A stretch of 64,000 nt of DNA, from assembly GCF_001194135.2 (NCBI RefSeq), contig NC_068982.1, positions 125,942,698 to 126,006,697 of the forward strand. Direction: 5' to 3'. The position numbers and the translations under genes were made by a program. The stretch's first letter is position 1; each line of letters starts with the position of its first letter. Shown one piece after another: positions 12,171 to 24,425 of the stretch. Below the pieces are notes generated by a model. The model was not told the DNA's origin and did not search any database. It saw nothing but the letters and a program-made list of their open reading frames with translations. This DNA comes from Octopus bimaculoides (lineage: Eukaryota).

Positions 12171-12615
12171 CTCTTGGTTATTACAGAAGCTGTAATATTG
12201 GCAATCTAGTTTCTTCTACCTTGCTACTTTTATTTCCAATATGATTGATCTTATTATTGATGTACACTGATTTAGCTCTAGTTAACAAAGTCAATTTGTA
12301 AAGGCTGAATACATCTTTATGGAGTGAGAGAAAAAAGGAAAAAAAATTACCAATTTGGGTTCTGCAATCTACTGAGATGAAATGGATATTCAGAAATCTT
12401 TCTGAAAATAGGGTCAGAAAGGAGGGGCAAAAATGCAGGCTTCCTAAATTTATGAACCTTGCTACATCAGGATAAATTTCTTTATCTGTCATCAATGCAT
12501 TTAGAAAAAAAAAAAAGAGAATGTACCCAGTTTGGCTCATTTAAAAAAAAAAAAAAGTTACTTGTTCAAAAGACTGATTCTGACAGAATATACATACATT
12601 CTGGTAATTCTTTGA

Positions 12616-12837
12616 AATGGAAATACCAATAAATGCTTCACAGTTTACATTATAGAATGCATAAACAGGAACAAGTTTTACATAGGTAGCACTATCTGTG
12701 TATTGCATATGCACATGGATCTGGTAGCTTTGTCTGTTAAAAGGTATCTCAACAGCTACCAGAATGCCGACATTGTGGTTTCTATCAAGGTTGATTATAG
12801 AAGCAATTCTTATAAAACAGCTGCAGCTGCTGATTAA
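12616..12837 (+). pseudogene. Penelope-like GIY-YIG endonuclease relic (right arm), 73 open codons, no ATG at its 5' end
   Basis: NKCFTVYIIECINRNKFYIGSTICVLHMHMDLVALSVKRYLNSYQNADIVVSIK: Y-x10-YIG spacing with an internal Cys, as in PLE VIYxIxC..C...YIGxT. Confidence 0.55.
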
Positions 12838-13626
12838 CCACAAGTTTCTCAACTGTCAACAGTTTATTACATAATTTGCATCATTGTCATGCTGTGCATC
12901 TCTTCTCGTTTTCTAACTGTTTTCATGTTGTTTATAGTTTATCTGTCATTTCAAGATTAAAGGTTATTAAAGCAACATATTGAATAAATTAATTTTTCTT
13001 CACACTCTCAATTGTTAAGTAGCTTTTATTACCTTCTTACTTCTATTCCAAAATGACAATGCGCCAAGTAAATTTACAAGGAATTTTGTCTTTCTTCCCA
13101 GTTTTGCATTTGTTTAAGCTGAGAAAACTTTGTTTTGTCTCTTGTGCTATTCTTTCCCTTAAAAGAATGTTGACTTACTCTAGAATACTTGATTTCCTAA
13201 ACAATATATATTCATCCATACCTGTGATAATACCTATGTTATAACAGCTGTTGACTTTTTCTAGATATTTGTAATTTTCATATTGAAAGTAGTTAATTGC
13301 ACCTCTCTTGAAATCTATGCAATATTATATGGCTTTTTAGTTTCATATTCACAAAATATTCACTGAAATATCTATTGTGTTTATTCTTTTTTTCTTTTTT
13401 TTTTTTTGTATTGTTACTCAACTTTTAAATGCCTGTTATTGGATAGAGATGTTTCTCTATGAAAGACATTTGACAAAAATCAATAGTGGTTGTTTTGGCC
13501 AATGTCTTCTTTTGTATTTTGCTTTATTTTGCTTTTTTTTGTTTGTTTTTACTATAAGTTACTTTGCAATGTCTAATATCGTTAGTTAATATTATCACTG
13601 TTCATATTATTTCATTTTCTTTTATT

Positions 13627-13685
<59 letters not shown>

Positions 13686-14137
13686 CATTATTATTTACAT
13701 ACCTATATTTCATTGTTAGTCTAATGAGCAGGATCAGTGCTTGTGGCATTCTAAGGCTCTCTGATATTGTGGAAGCATAATGGTTGGGTATGATAGTGCA
13801 GTTGGTGTTTAATTTGACTACTTGCAGGTCAGTAATTACACATGGGCAGGGATTCCACTTTTGTGTATATTAAGGAATTCCAGAGAAAAAAAGAGAACAA
13901 AGTTGTAACTGAATCATGTGATTTGAAGTTAGTTTATTCATTATAGCAGAGAGAGAGAGAGAGAGAGACCACTTAGTATTGATGGTGGTGATGGTAGCAG
14001 CAGCAGCAGCAGTAGCAGTAGTGGTAGTAGTAGTAGTAGTAGTAATATGGAGTACAAAGCTCATCATTAGGGCGAGTGTAATAGGGTTGTGAGCATGTGC
14101 CTGTATATGAAGTTAAATAGGTTTCTGTTGGCTAAAT

Positions 14138-14396
14138 CAGTGGTTTTCAGCCAAAGTCCATGTGGCCCTTTGGGGTCCATATAAGGTTTTATTGTTAAAG
14201 TTTATGTGCAATAAATTGGGGTATACTCCTACAATACACAAAATATCTTAATTTTTTAATAGAATTCCTAATAATATTTAATTATAAAAATATAATAGGA
14301 TTTTTATTTTTATGCATTGAATGGTTATGGGAGGTCCAGTAGAATAAAACAGGAATGAAAGGAATCCATAGGGGAAAAAATGGTTGTGAATCACTG
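14138..14396. mobile_element. hAT-like MITE
   Basis: cagtggttttcagcc ... ggttgtgaatcactg imperfect TIRs; no clean TSD. Confidence 0.55.
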
Positions 14397-14545
14397 GGTT
14401 GCAGCTAAGAATTTGGTTGTGGAACCATCCCAAAAGTGCCAACAGTTTTCAGTTTATTTAGATGTATATTTGTGCCTTGTAAAGGATTAGCAACAGAAAT
14501 GCTTTGTAGAATATTTCAATTCATTATTCTTTGCTTCTGTCTGTT

Positions 14546-14594
<49 letters not shown>

Positions 14595-15329
14595 ACGCGT
14601 GTGTGGCTGTGATAAACATAATCACCAAGAAACACGTTTTTTAAGTGCAGAAGAAAAATATCTCTTGAAGTAGATAATTATAGACACTAATGGTATTTCA
14701 CCGATTTCAAGATGGTCAATTCAGCCATTAAAACACCAAGTCCTCATAAATGTTCGCCAAGATTAAAAGAAATTATTAAAAATCAAAAACTTGTTGTAGA
14801 GAAGTGATGGGAGGGGTGGGGGAGGGGTGGCAGGGAGAGAGAAAGAAAAAAGTTTCTACAAAATGAACGATATTGCTCTAAGGAAGCAAAACAGTTTCAG
14901 AGTTTTGATTGTTTTTTAAAAGCGTAGAATTTTCTATTCTTTATAATCCTATTTATTATGTTCTATACACACACACACAATATTCATACACACACACATA
15001 TATATATATACACACATACATATATATACATGCATATATATACATATATGTGTGTGTGTATGTATACTATTTTCGTTTAACCTAAGATTATTTTTCCTAA
15101 AACAATTCTCCTTGATGAAAATCCTATTCTTCATCCAACTTTATAAGTGTGTATATATATATATATATGATGATATATTTATATATATAGCTATGCAACA
15201 CTTTCTTTATTGGCTTACTATTTTAATACTTTATAGATCTAGGGACACTATTTTAATGGACACCATTTTAACACTTTTGATTTTCATCATAATTTAACAT
15301 CTGTTGAATGGTCAGGATTTAGTTGGAGT

Positions 15330-15690
15330 CTCCTAATCTCATCTCCACCGTCCTTTCTCCCTTTCCTGCTGGAGTATCCATGTATCTCCCCTACGGCTAG
15401 ACACCTGTTCCTGTGCCTCTTTCATATTTCAGCCTGCCGACACCAGGCACAAAGCCACCTCCATCAATACTGCATCTTGTCTTGTGAGTTACTTAGTCAC
15501 ATTACTAGTTCTGCTGTCATGAGAAGAGTACCAAGTGTACTCTGTAAAGTAGTTAGTGCTAACAAGGGCATCTCACCAAAAAAACCTTTCCAAAGCAGAT
15601 GTTGAAGACCAGCACAGCTCTCAAGTGAGTGAAAATCTGCCAAACCATCCAAGTCATGTTTGCATGGAATACAGACATTAAATGATGATA
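15330..15690 (+). mobile_element. Family D long form, strongly degenerate
   Basis: gagttacttag...gtactctgtaaagtagttagtgctaacaagggcatc...gacattaaatgatgat; 5' extension resembles 22150-22330 and 55250-55395. Confidence 0.5.
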
Positions 15691-15792
15691 ATAATACTTA
15701 TTACTAATAATATAATAATACTTATTACTTTGTTCTTAATTCCAAAGAGATGAGTTCCAATAGATACATAATTAAGTTGAAACAGGCAGTGA

Positions 15793-15878
<86 letters not shown>

Positions 15879-15928
15879 GCATTGAAAAATACCTTAGGAA
15901 GGAGAATCTAGGTTTGAAATTTCCCCAA

Positions 15929-15975
15929 GACACCTGATGAAGGCTGGAGGGTATATCAGCTGAAACATTGTGATA
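15929..15975 (+). ncRNA. Minimal type-I hammerhead-like motif (PLE pLTR type), partly decayed
   Basis: gacac-CTGATGA-a-ggctg(gagggtatat)cagct-GAAA-catt-gtgat. Confidence 0.45.
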
Positions 15976-17079
15976 ACAACAAAGAAGATGAGGACAAATA
16001 TCTGTCAAATGTAAGTAGTGTAAATAAGTTGAAACTATTAAAAAAAAGTTTCAAGACTGCCTTGATAGATATATACACCATGCTTCTTATGAGGCTCCAA
16101 ACATCTCCTAGTATGAACACAAGACCAAAGAGGAATTTAATGACACCTTGCACTTTTGCTATTGTTGCTCAATGCAGGCCAGATTTGCTGACCACTGTTA
16201 TTGTGTTGAATACTGGGACATAACAGATGTTATATCTTGGTGACTTCTACATCTGAATAAAGAATGAAGGCTGTTCATTTACACTGATGTTATTGATAGA
16301 TGCGCAGTTCTCTACCAAATTTTCTATATCAATTTTGTTGAAAATTGATGATCTTTCAAAGCCAATGGCTAACAAGGAATCCTAGCACAGCATGCATTGT
16401 GCATCATCATGCATCTTGGTTGCAGCTGCTAGAAGACAAAGAAATGGATGTTGAGGTATTTAATGTATCAAACCCCACTAAATTTTAATCAATTTCAATT
16501 ACACTTGTAATGAAAAACGACAAGTTATTAGCGTTAATGAAAATTTTTACCAAAGGCAAGGGAAGCAACTCGAATCTGAGTTGACTCAAAAATTAAATTC
16601 ATCAAATAGAGATTGAATGTTATATGTAATAAATATGGTCACAACTCCAGATATTTTTCAGTTTTATTAGAATTGTTCAGCAAAGTATAAACTTACTTTT
16701 ACATATCAGATCTTAGAATAACTGTAACAATGAATGAATTTTTTGATATTAAAAAAAAAGGAGAAAAACATTTTCTGATTAAATAATTTAAAATAATTNN
16801 NNNNNNNNAACATTCTTATGATAGTAAGAAAAATAAATAGTAGACAAAATTGTATTGGTGATGGAAAGAAACATCATAAAATGTTAAGCATAATGTTTCT
16901 TGCTTTCTTTTTATATATTTTTGTTTTTTACATTAAAAAGTTGTATTCCATAATGCTTGATATTTTTGATCATCATTATCTTTCCGAGACCAGCACTGGT
17001 AGTCTTTGAAGTGTTGTTCTAGACATTCCAGCAGCCAGCATTTGTCACTGATTCCTGTCCTCTGTCACATATACATACA

Positions 17080-17128
<49 letters not shown>

Positions 17129-17359
17129 GAAAAACGCAAACTTTCAACTCCTATTGTTTTTTTTTTCTTCATTTTTCCCCATAATTTTACATCTATTTTT
17201 CCATGCATGAGTTGGAATATATATTTTTAAGGATCAGTTGTATTTACAACTTGTGACTCTTACTACCACTAACATCTTCAACATGATGTGATATTAATGA
17301 TAATTTTTGCCAAAGGCAAGGGATATGTGGATTAAACAAGCTTCTTCAAGAAATTTGCA

Positions 17360-17412
<53 letters not shown>

Positions 17413-17989
17413 ATATATGTTTTGTAGTGAGCAGAAAAGGGTAAATTTTACATATGATTCATAATATAATTGCTTTCGACAGCTGTTTCAATGGAATAAA
17501 AACTGCATCATTTGTATAATCATAATTAACATAGATAATTAATTGAAATGTAATGGGTTGTCCATTTCATCTGGAGAAAAAGATGAAAAATAGAAATCAA
17601 AATTTTGTTTTTCTTTGGTTTATGTTCCTGTAACTTAGCAGTTCAGCAAAATAGATAAATAGAATAAGTACCAGGCTGAAAAGGAAAGTACTGGGGTTGA
17701 TTTGTTTTGACTGAGAATTCTTCAAGCTAGTGCTCCAGCATGGCCACAATCTAACGACTGAAACAAGTAAAAAATAAAAGAATATACAAATTGTTATACT
17801 TTAAGAGTGGACCCAGTAAAGCCTATAAACACTCCCATCCATTGTTATTTGCCTAGAATCCTTTTTCTTTTTTCTTTTTTTAAAGCATTCCTTCATTTAC
17901 ATCTATTCCCTCAAATATTTTTTTATGACACTGACTTGTGGTCTGTTCAGTGGATGTATATTTTCAAATACATTTTCTCCTCGACTTAC

Positions 17990-18068
17990 CCACCCAGTTC
18001 CGTTCCAACTGACTGGTCCTAAGTCGATCTGGTTCTATGTCAGATTTATATTTTTCAACAGTTTTCAT
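17990..18068 (-). CDS. Possible first coding exon (MKTVEKYKSDIEPDRLRTSQLERNWV, phase 1), unassigned
   Basis: ATG at 18068, 79 nt open, ends at TGG|GTAAGT; no partner exon or homolog recognised. Confidence 0.2.
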
Positions 18069-18759
18069 TCAAACGCAGCTGATGCTTGAAAGTGACTGAG
18101 TGAGAGACAGTGGCAGGCAGTGGATGCTTGGGTCTGAGGGAGGCCTGCGTTGCCAGTTGCTGCCATAGTTATCGAACGCACCACTGCCCAACATCCAAAA
18201 ATCGATTTTTTATTTATTCATTTGTTTTTTTTTTGTGGTCATAATTTTCCTATTTTTTGTGGTCATAATTTTCCTATTTTTTGTGGTCATAATTGCAGAT
18301 GGTCGTAAGTCACATAGAAGGTGTAGTTAAGAATGTATACCCAGTATTTACAGATTTGTTGACAGGAGAAGTGACTCCTCTATCAACAAATTGTCTGATT
18401 GCTTCATGTTTTAATAGATTTGTATTTTATGAGATCTTGAAAAAAAAATCCCAAAAAACAAGAAGGGCATCAGTGTGTGTGTGTGTGAACATACTTCTTG
18501 TATTTACTCATGAAACAAAAATATATTTCTGAAAAATACTTTTCAAAAATTTTTGGTAGATATACTTGGTACGTTCTTGGGCATCATAAAAAAAAAAATA
18601 ATAATTTTATGCCTTCATAATTTTGACTAGTAACATTTAATCACTTGAATTCACAGGTTCATATTTCAAACTTCACAACTTAGTTTTCAATATCTGCTTC
18701 AATTAGTTTGACTGGTAAGGAGGAGAGATACAATGTACACACACACACACATGCATAAT

Positions 18760-19270
18760 GCTAGTGCCATGTCAAAAGCACCTAGTCCACTCTGTAAAGT
18801 GGTTGGTATTAGGACTGGGCATCCAGCTGTAGAAGCCATGTCAAAATAGACAATTGAAGCCTGGTGCAACTCTCCAGCTGACCAGCTCCTGTTAAACTGT
18901 CCAGCCCATGCCAGCATGAAAAACGGCCAAGCAGATCCCAATATTTTATTTGAATACTCGCAACATTTTTCTAACAATAGCAATATGTTGGTGTTAGGAA
19001 GCGTATCCGGCTGTAGAAACCATCCAAAACAGACATTGGGGCATGATGCAGTCCTTAAACACGTCATCACCTTCATCATTTAATATCTGTGTTCTCTCCT
19101 AGCATGGGTTGGATGGTTTGACAGGATCTGATGTGTTTAAGGACTGCATCATATTTCAGTGTCTGTTTTGGATGGTTTCCACAGCCAGATGCCCTTCCTA
19201 ACACCAACATATTGCTATTGTTAGACATATGCTGAGAATATTCAAATGAAATATTGGGATCAGCTTGGCC
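18760..19270. mobile_element. Cluster of family D copies including an inverted duplication
   Basis: Plus copy 18760-18925; inverted arms 18925-19062 and 19133-19270. Confidence 0.75.
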
Positions 19271-19364
19271 TCTAATTTGGTAAAATTCTACCAACTCCAT
19301 GCAGTAATTTACCAATTTGGTCAATAAATTGTAATTTACCAATCTGGTTGAAATTTTTGGGGAG

Positions 19365-19753
19365 GGGGTCAGTCGATTAGGTCGACCCCAGTACACAACT
19401 AATACTTAATTTATCGACCCTGAAAGGATGAAAGGCAAAGTCGACCTTGGTGGAATTTGAACTCAGAACATAAAGACAGACGAAATACTGTTAAGCATTT
19501 CACCAAGTGTGCTAACATTTCTTATTTCTTTATTGCCCACAAGGGGCTAAACATAGAGGGGACAAACGAGGTAAGACAAAGGGATTAAGTCGATTACATC
19601 AACCCCAGTGCGTAACTGCTACTTAATTTATCGACCCCGAAAGGATGATAGGCAAAGTTGACTTCGGCAGAATTTGAACTCAGAACATAAAGACAGACGA
19701 AATACCACTAAGCATTTCACCAAGCGTGCTAATGTTTCTGCCAGCTCGCCGCC
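19365..19753 (-). mobile_element. Two tandem family C SINEs
   Basis: atttatcgacccc...gaaaggatga...ggcaaagt...gaatttgaactcagaacataaagacagacgaaatac occurs twice; ends gccagctcgccgcc. Confidence 0.85.
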
Positions 19754-21099
19754 TTAATAAATTGCTATATTAATTAACAACTATTCTAGAAATTACAATT
19801 TAAAAACAACGTAGCTGAAAACCTGTAATATACCATTTTTATATCAACTGGCTTCTCTACTTACACTATAAATGATTATTTATTTTATTTGCAGGAAACA
19901 GTAACTTTTGTATTGGGGTGAATTTCAAATTAATTTTTGTTAATTTAAGTTGTTTAATTACTTCCCACTTGATAATTAACCTCATCATCTAACCGGTGTT
20001 TGGAGCAGATGTAAAAGTAAGAAAAACACCCTGGATACAAAAACTGCTATAATTAGTCTTTTGAATATGTGTTGAATCTCTAAGTAAAATCATATTCCAT
20101 TTTATTGAAATGTTTTTCTGTAGCCACAACGCACCATATTGTGGCTTTGGCTACAATGCAGGCATGGCTATGTAGCTAAAATGTTTGCACATTTTTGGGT
20201 GCAGTTCCATTGTGTGGCATCTTTGGCAAGTGTTTTCTGTTATAGTCCCCAGTTGACCAGTGCTTTTTGAGTGGAATTGGAAGGCTGGAACTGTATGGAA
20301 GCCCATTGTGTGTGTGTGATGCACTCCTTGGTTTTGCTTGTCACCACTTCAGCAAAATAGGGATATGATGCTTACATTCCTTGTTGACATTATGACCATA
20401 CACTCTACACTCTTGAATACCAGTGGAATGCAAAAATAGATAGATAAGTAAAACCTCTTGTTTGAAAAGCGGTTACTGACACAGGAAGGGCATCAGGTCA
20501 TGAAATGCTGCCCTAAGTGCCTTTCCTGTGGCATCAACCCTAACCCATGGTAGCATGGAAAAATGAACATTAAACCTATAACCAAGAAATGAATAATGTA
20601 TATTACAGAAACTTTGGAATTGAGAGAATGATGTTTAATTGTATTAGCAACATTCTAACATAAATCTATACCAATACAATACTGATGTTATCTTAACATA
20701 TTTTGAAGCTAGTTGTTATTTTTAATACATAATGAAGCTTATATTCAATGATATGATAGTTTTACTGATGACATCTTTCGCAGTCCACAGCTATCATGTT
20801 TTAGTGACAATTTAATATATTAATCATCCTGGCTATTACCAATTCAACATATATTTTTCTTCTTTTTCATGTTTGTATATATGTTTGACAGAGTTGTAAG
20901 GTAACATTTTTTTTTGGCATAGCAACTCATGTTATGTTGTGATGATAATAACATTATATAACAGAGATACCTATACCAACAACAATTTATACTAGAAATG
21001 TCTTGTTTTGTCAAAGGTGTGTTAGCACAGTGAAAATATCTTCTAAACAATTATGTTCTATATCATGTTTTATATCAATAATGGTGACATGTCTGAAGT

Positions 21100-21320
21100 A
21101 ATTCAGTCAAGCCTGTCAGACTCACCATTAGGAAGAAACAGTAGTTATGTCCAAATAGAAAATATTCTGTAGCAATGCTAAGATAAAAGAACAAAATTTT
21201 CCTCTCAAAGTTGGATCAGCTTACATCAATATATTGATTTTTCCTTGCTTTCTTCCAATCAGGCATTTCTGGTGAATTCTCAAAAGTTGGTTGAAATTAC
21301 ACTTCTCTTTTGTGAAAGAC
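21100..21320 (+). repeat. Dispersed ~200 bp repeat (copy at 26750-26960)
   Basis: Shared agaaaatattctgtag..aatgc.aagataaa and ggatcagcttacatcaatatattgattttt. Confidence 0.7.
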
Positions 21321-22149
21321 TTCTTGCATATTATTATTATTATCATCATCATCATCATCATTATGTTTTTGGTAGTTTCAGGCAAGTTTTTCATTGCACC
21401 ACCTGGTGCATCTCTGTGTTCCTAAGGTGTATGTAATAATTTTTGTTGTTGTCTGTCATTGTGGAGGGAAGGTGTTTGTGCTACATTTAATTTGCAGTGT
21501 CGTCAGATTTGGGGTTTTTTGTTGTTATTTATTTTTATGATGTTGCTTTTTGTTATAATATTTTGGTGTTACTTTTTGTTTACCAAAGAAAACTTTTATC
21601 ATATTAAGAGATTATTTGTAGAATATGTCCTATGTGAGAGATGTATTACCAAATCGTATCTTGTATAGAATGTGGTCTGTGCTGTACTTTGTAGATCTAT
21701 TTTTGGATTGTGTGAAAATGTTGTTTAGCCCCAGGTAGGTTCTCATCATAGAGTTCTATGATGAAAGGAAGTCTAACCATGACTACCACATGTTTTTGCA
21801 CATATAGGACTACATTGATCAGTGTGTCTTGCCTTTATTAAAATGATAGAGTATGCGATTTAGGAGATTTTGCATTGGTTTAATGAGATTTGGTGCTATT
21901 TCTAGCCAGAAGGTTGGGCTGCTTTGTAGAGGCTCCCTTATCACCTTAATTATGTAATGTTTTGAACCATAGCATATAATTTTTTACATTTTAGTTCGTT
22001 GCCTTTTACATAGTATTTTTATGCCAGTTGGAAAGCTACTTTTTCTTTTATATAATTAAATGAGTCTATTTTAAACATTAAATATTTTAAATTGATATTA
22101 GCATTTTAGAATGATAAACTCACTGATTAATATATTTTATCTTTATTTC

Positions 22150-22500
22150 ACTTTATTTTAACTCTCTCGCAGAAGACCTGTTCATCTCCCTCTATCATAC
22201 TTCAGCCTCTCAACACCTGACATAAAACCATCTTCACCTCCCAAATACTACCCTCCCATCACTTAGTCAAGGAAACTTTTTCCTTTTTCATTCTTTTTTT
22301 GTCTTGCACCTTACTTGGCAACCTCACTAGTGCTGGTGCCACATAAAAAACACCTTGTATACACTGTAGGTTGGCACTGGGAAGGGCATCCAGCTGTAGA
22401 AAACATGCCTATGCAGAAATCAAAGCTTGAAGCAGTTCTCTGGCTTGCCAGCTCCTGTTCAACTTTCAACTCAACACAGAAAATGGTCATTAAATGATGA
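22150..22500 (+). mobile_element. Family D long form
   Basis: ...gtcttgcaccttacttggcaacctcactagtgctggtgccacataaaaaacacc...ggaagggcatccagctgtagaaa...ttaaatgatga. Confidence 0.65.
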
Positions 22501-23214
22501 TTTACTTCAGATATAATCTAAACTTTACATCACGTATTTTCACTCAAAATAATCACTTAAACTAGAAACTTGTTTCATATTATCCCTTTACTTCCTCAAT
22601 GACTTTCTCGAGCTAATGTTTATTTGGATTGGAAAGCTACTTTATTTATTTATTCATTTGCTTTTTCCCCTCTTTGCTCTGATTAGTGACTCCAATATTC
22701 CCACCAACCTGCCCACCCATCTTTTCTCTTAGATTGATCAATTGCTTCATTCCATATTCATATTAACATTAATATTTTGTTCTCGATGTAATTCACTTGT
22801 TATTTATCCTCCGCTGTATATTTTATTTGGCCAATGAAATCACTCTTAGTTTTGACATTGTTGTTTTAATATCTCTTTCTTCTTAATAATTAATAATTAC
22901 ATACCAAATTCTTTCCTCTCTTTCCAATGATTATTTTGCTTTAACTTTTGGTATCTTTTCTTGTATTAATTGGTTGCCTTACACAAACTTTTCTCCTATT
23001 TTACACTTCATTATGTTATATATANNNNNNNNNNNNNNNNNNNNNNNNNNNNNNNNNNNNNNNNNNNNNNNNNNNNNNNNNNNNNNNNNNNNNNNNNNNN
23101 NNNNNNNNNNNNNNNNNNNNNNNNNNNNNNNNNNNNNNNNNNNNNNNNNNNNNNNNNNNNNNNNNNNNNNNNNNNNNNNNNNNNNNNNNNNNNNNNNNNN
23201 NNNNNNNNNNNNNN

Positions 23215-23260
<46 letters not shown>

Positions 23261-23560
23261 CATCATCATTATCATTTTGATATCCATTTTTTACCATGCT
23301 TGTATGGGTCAGGCAGAATTCATTGAAGTAGATTTTCTATGCCCTGGTGCTCTTCCTGTTGCTAACCCTCACCTGTTTCCAAGCAAGAGAATATTTCCAC
23401 ATGGGTGTGCATGTTTCCATGGTAGATTGTAAAGGAATACCACCAATTGTATGATGATGAGCTTTGTTTACAACTATTACATGATATAAGACAAGCTATA
23501 CACACATGCAGGCATGCATGCACACACAAACACATACACACGCATTCATCTGTCTGAGTG
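23261..23560 (-). mobile_element. Family E repeat, 3' part
   Basis: (cat)n, ccatgcttgtatgggtcag, cttcctgttgctaaccctcacctgtttccaagcaag. Confidence 0.65.
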
Positions 23561-24348
23561 ACAAGGATCATCAATCATTTTGGGGTTAGTGTTGGGCTTT
23601 GTGTGCACATTGTTGACATGCATATACACACACACACACACTTATGTATGTGTATATAAATATGTGTATATATGTATTTTATATATATATCAATTTCATT
23701 TGGGTTTTAATCTGCATTAAAAAGCTTGTCCATGGATTTCAGGTATGAGCTATCAGATGCTGTTATATAATGAAAATACATAATTTTACTGATGATATAT
23801 CTAAAAATCAATAAATATCCATAGAGTTTATATAAATATGAACAAGGAGAACAAAGTGAGGAACTTATTTATTACATGATACTGAAATTGTTTAATCAAC
23901 ACTTTACCAGAAGATTATTACTGGAATATTATTACATAATATTCAAAATAATATACTGAATCAGTATTATTTAAGCAATGCTGGAAAATATCAACTCATC
24001 AGGTTGAAATTAGTATAAGTTGAGATATATATATATATATAATGATGATGATACACACACATATATTTTATTATTGATAATATGATACCATTGGTTTTAT
24101 GCAAGTACATTTGCAATTATCCAATCATCATTTGAATAATACTGGAAGTTTTGCCATTTTGTTAGATTGAGTGCAAATGAGATTTCAAACAAAAGTTCAT
24201 GTGATAACAGATGATGCAAAGACAAAAGATTTAGTGAAGTGGTTAACATATTATTCAAACTATGATGAAATAATTTATCTTTTATCTTTTACTTGTTTCA
24301 GTCATTAGACTGCACCTTGAATTTTTAGTTGAATGAATATATAGTGTG

Positions 24349-24425
<77 letters not shown>

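Noticed and set aside
12181-12852. Listed minus-strand ORFs as host exons
   Set aside because: No recognisable domain; the informative frame is the plus-strand GIY-YIG-like one
16200-16440. hAT dimerisation-domain relic on minus (LLAIGFERSSIFNKIDIENLV)
   Set aside because: Resemblance too weak and conflicts with an equally weak plus-strand PLE reading nearby
22948-23432. ORFs spanning N runs (also 30.4, 36.5, 50.8, 52.6 and 58.2 kb)
   Set aside because: Length is created by ambiguous bases
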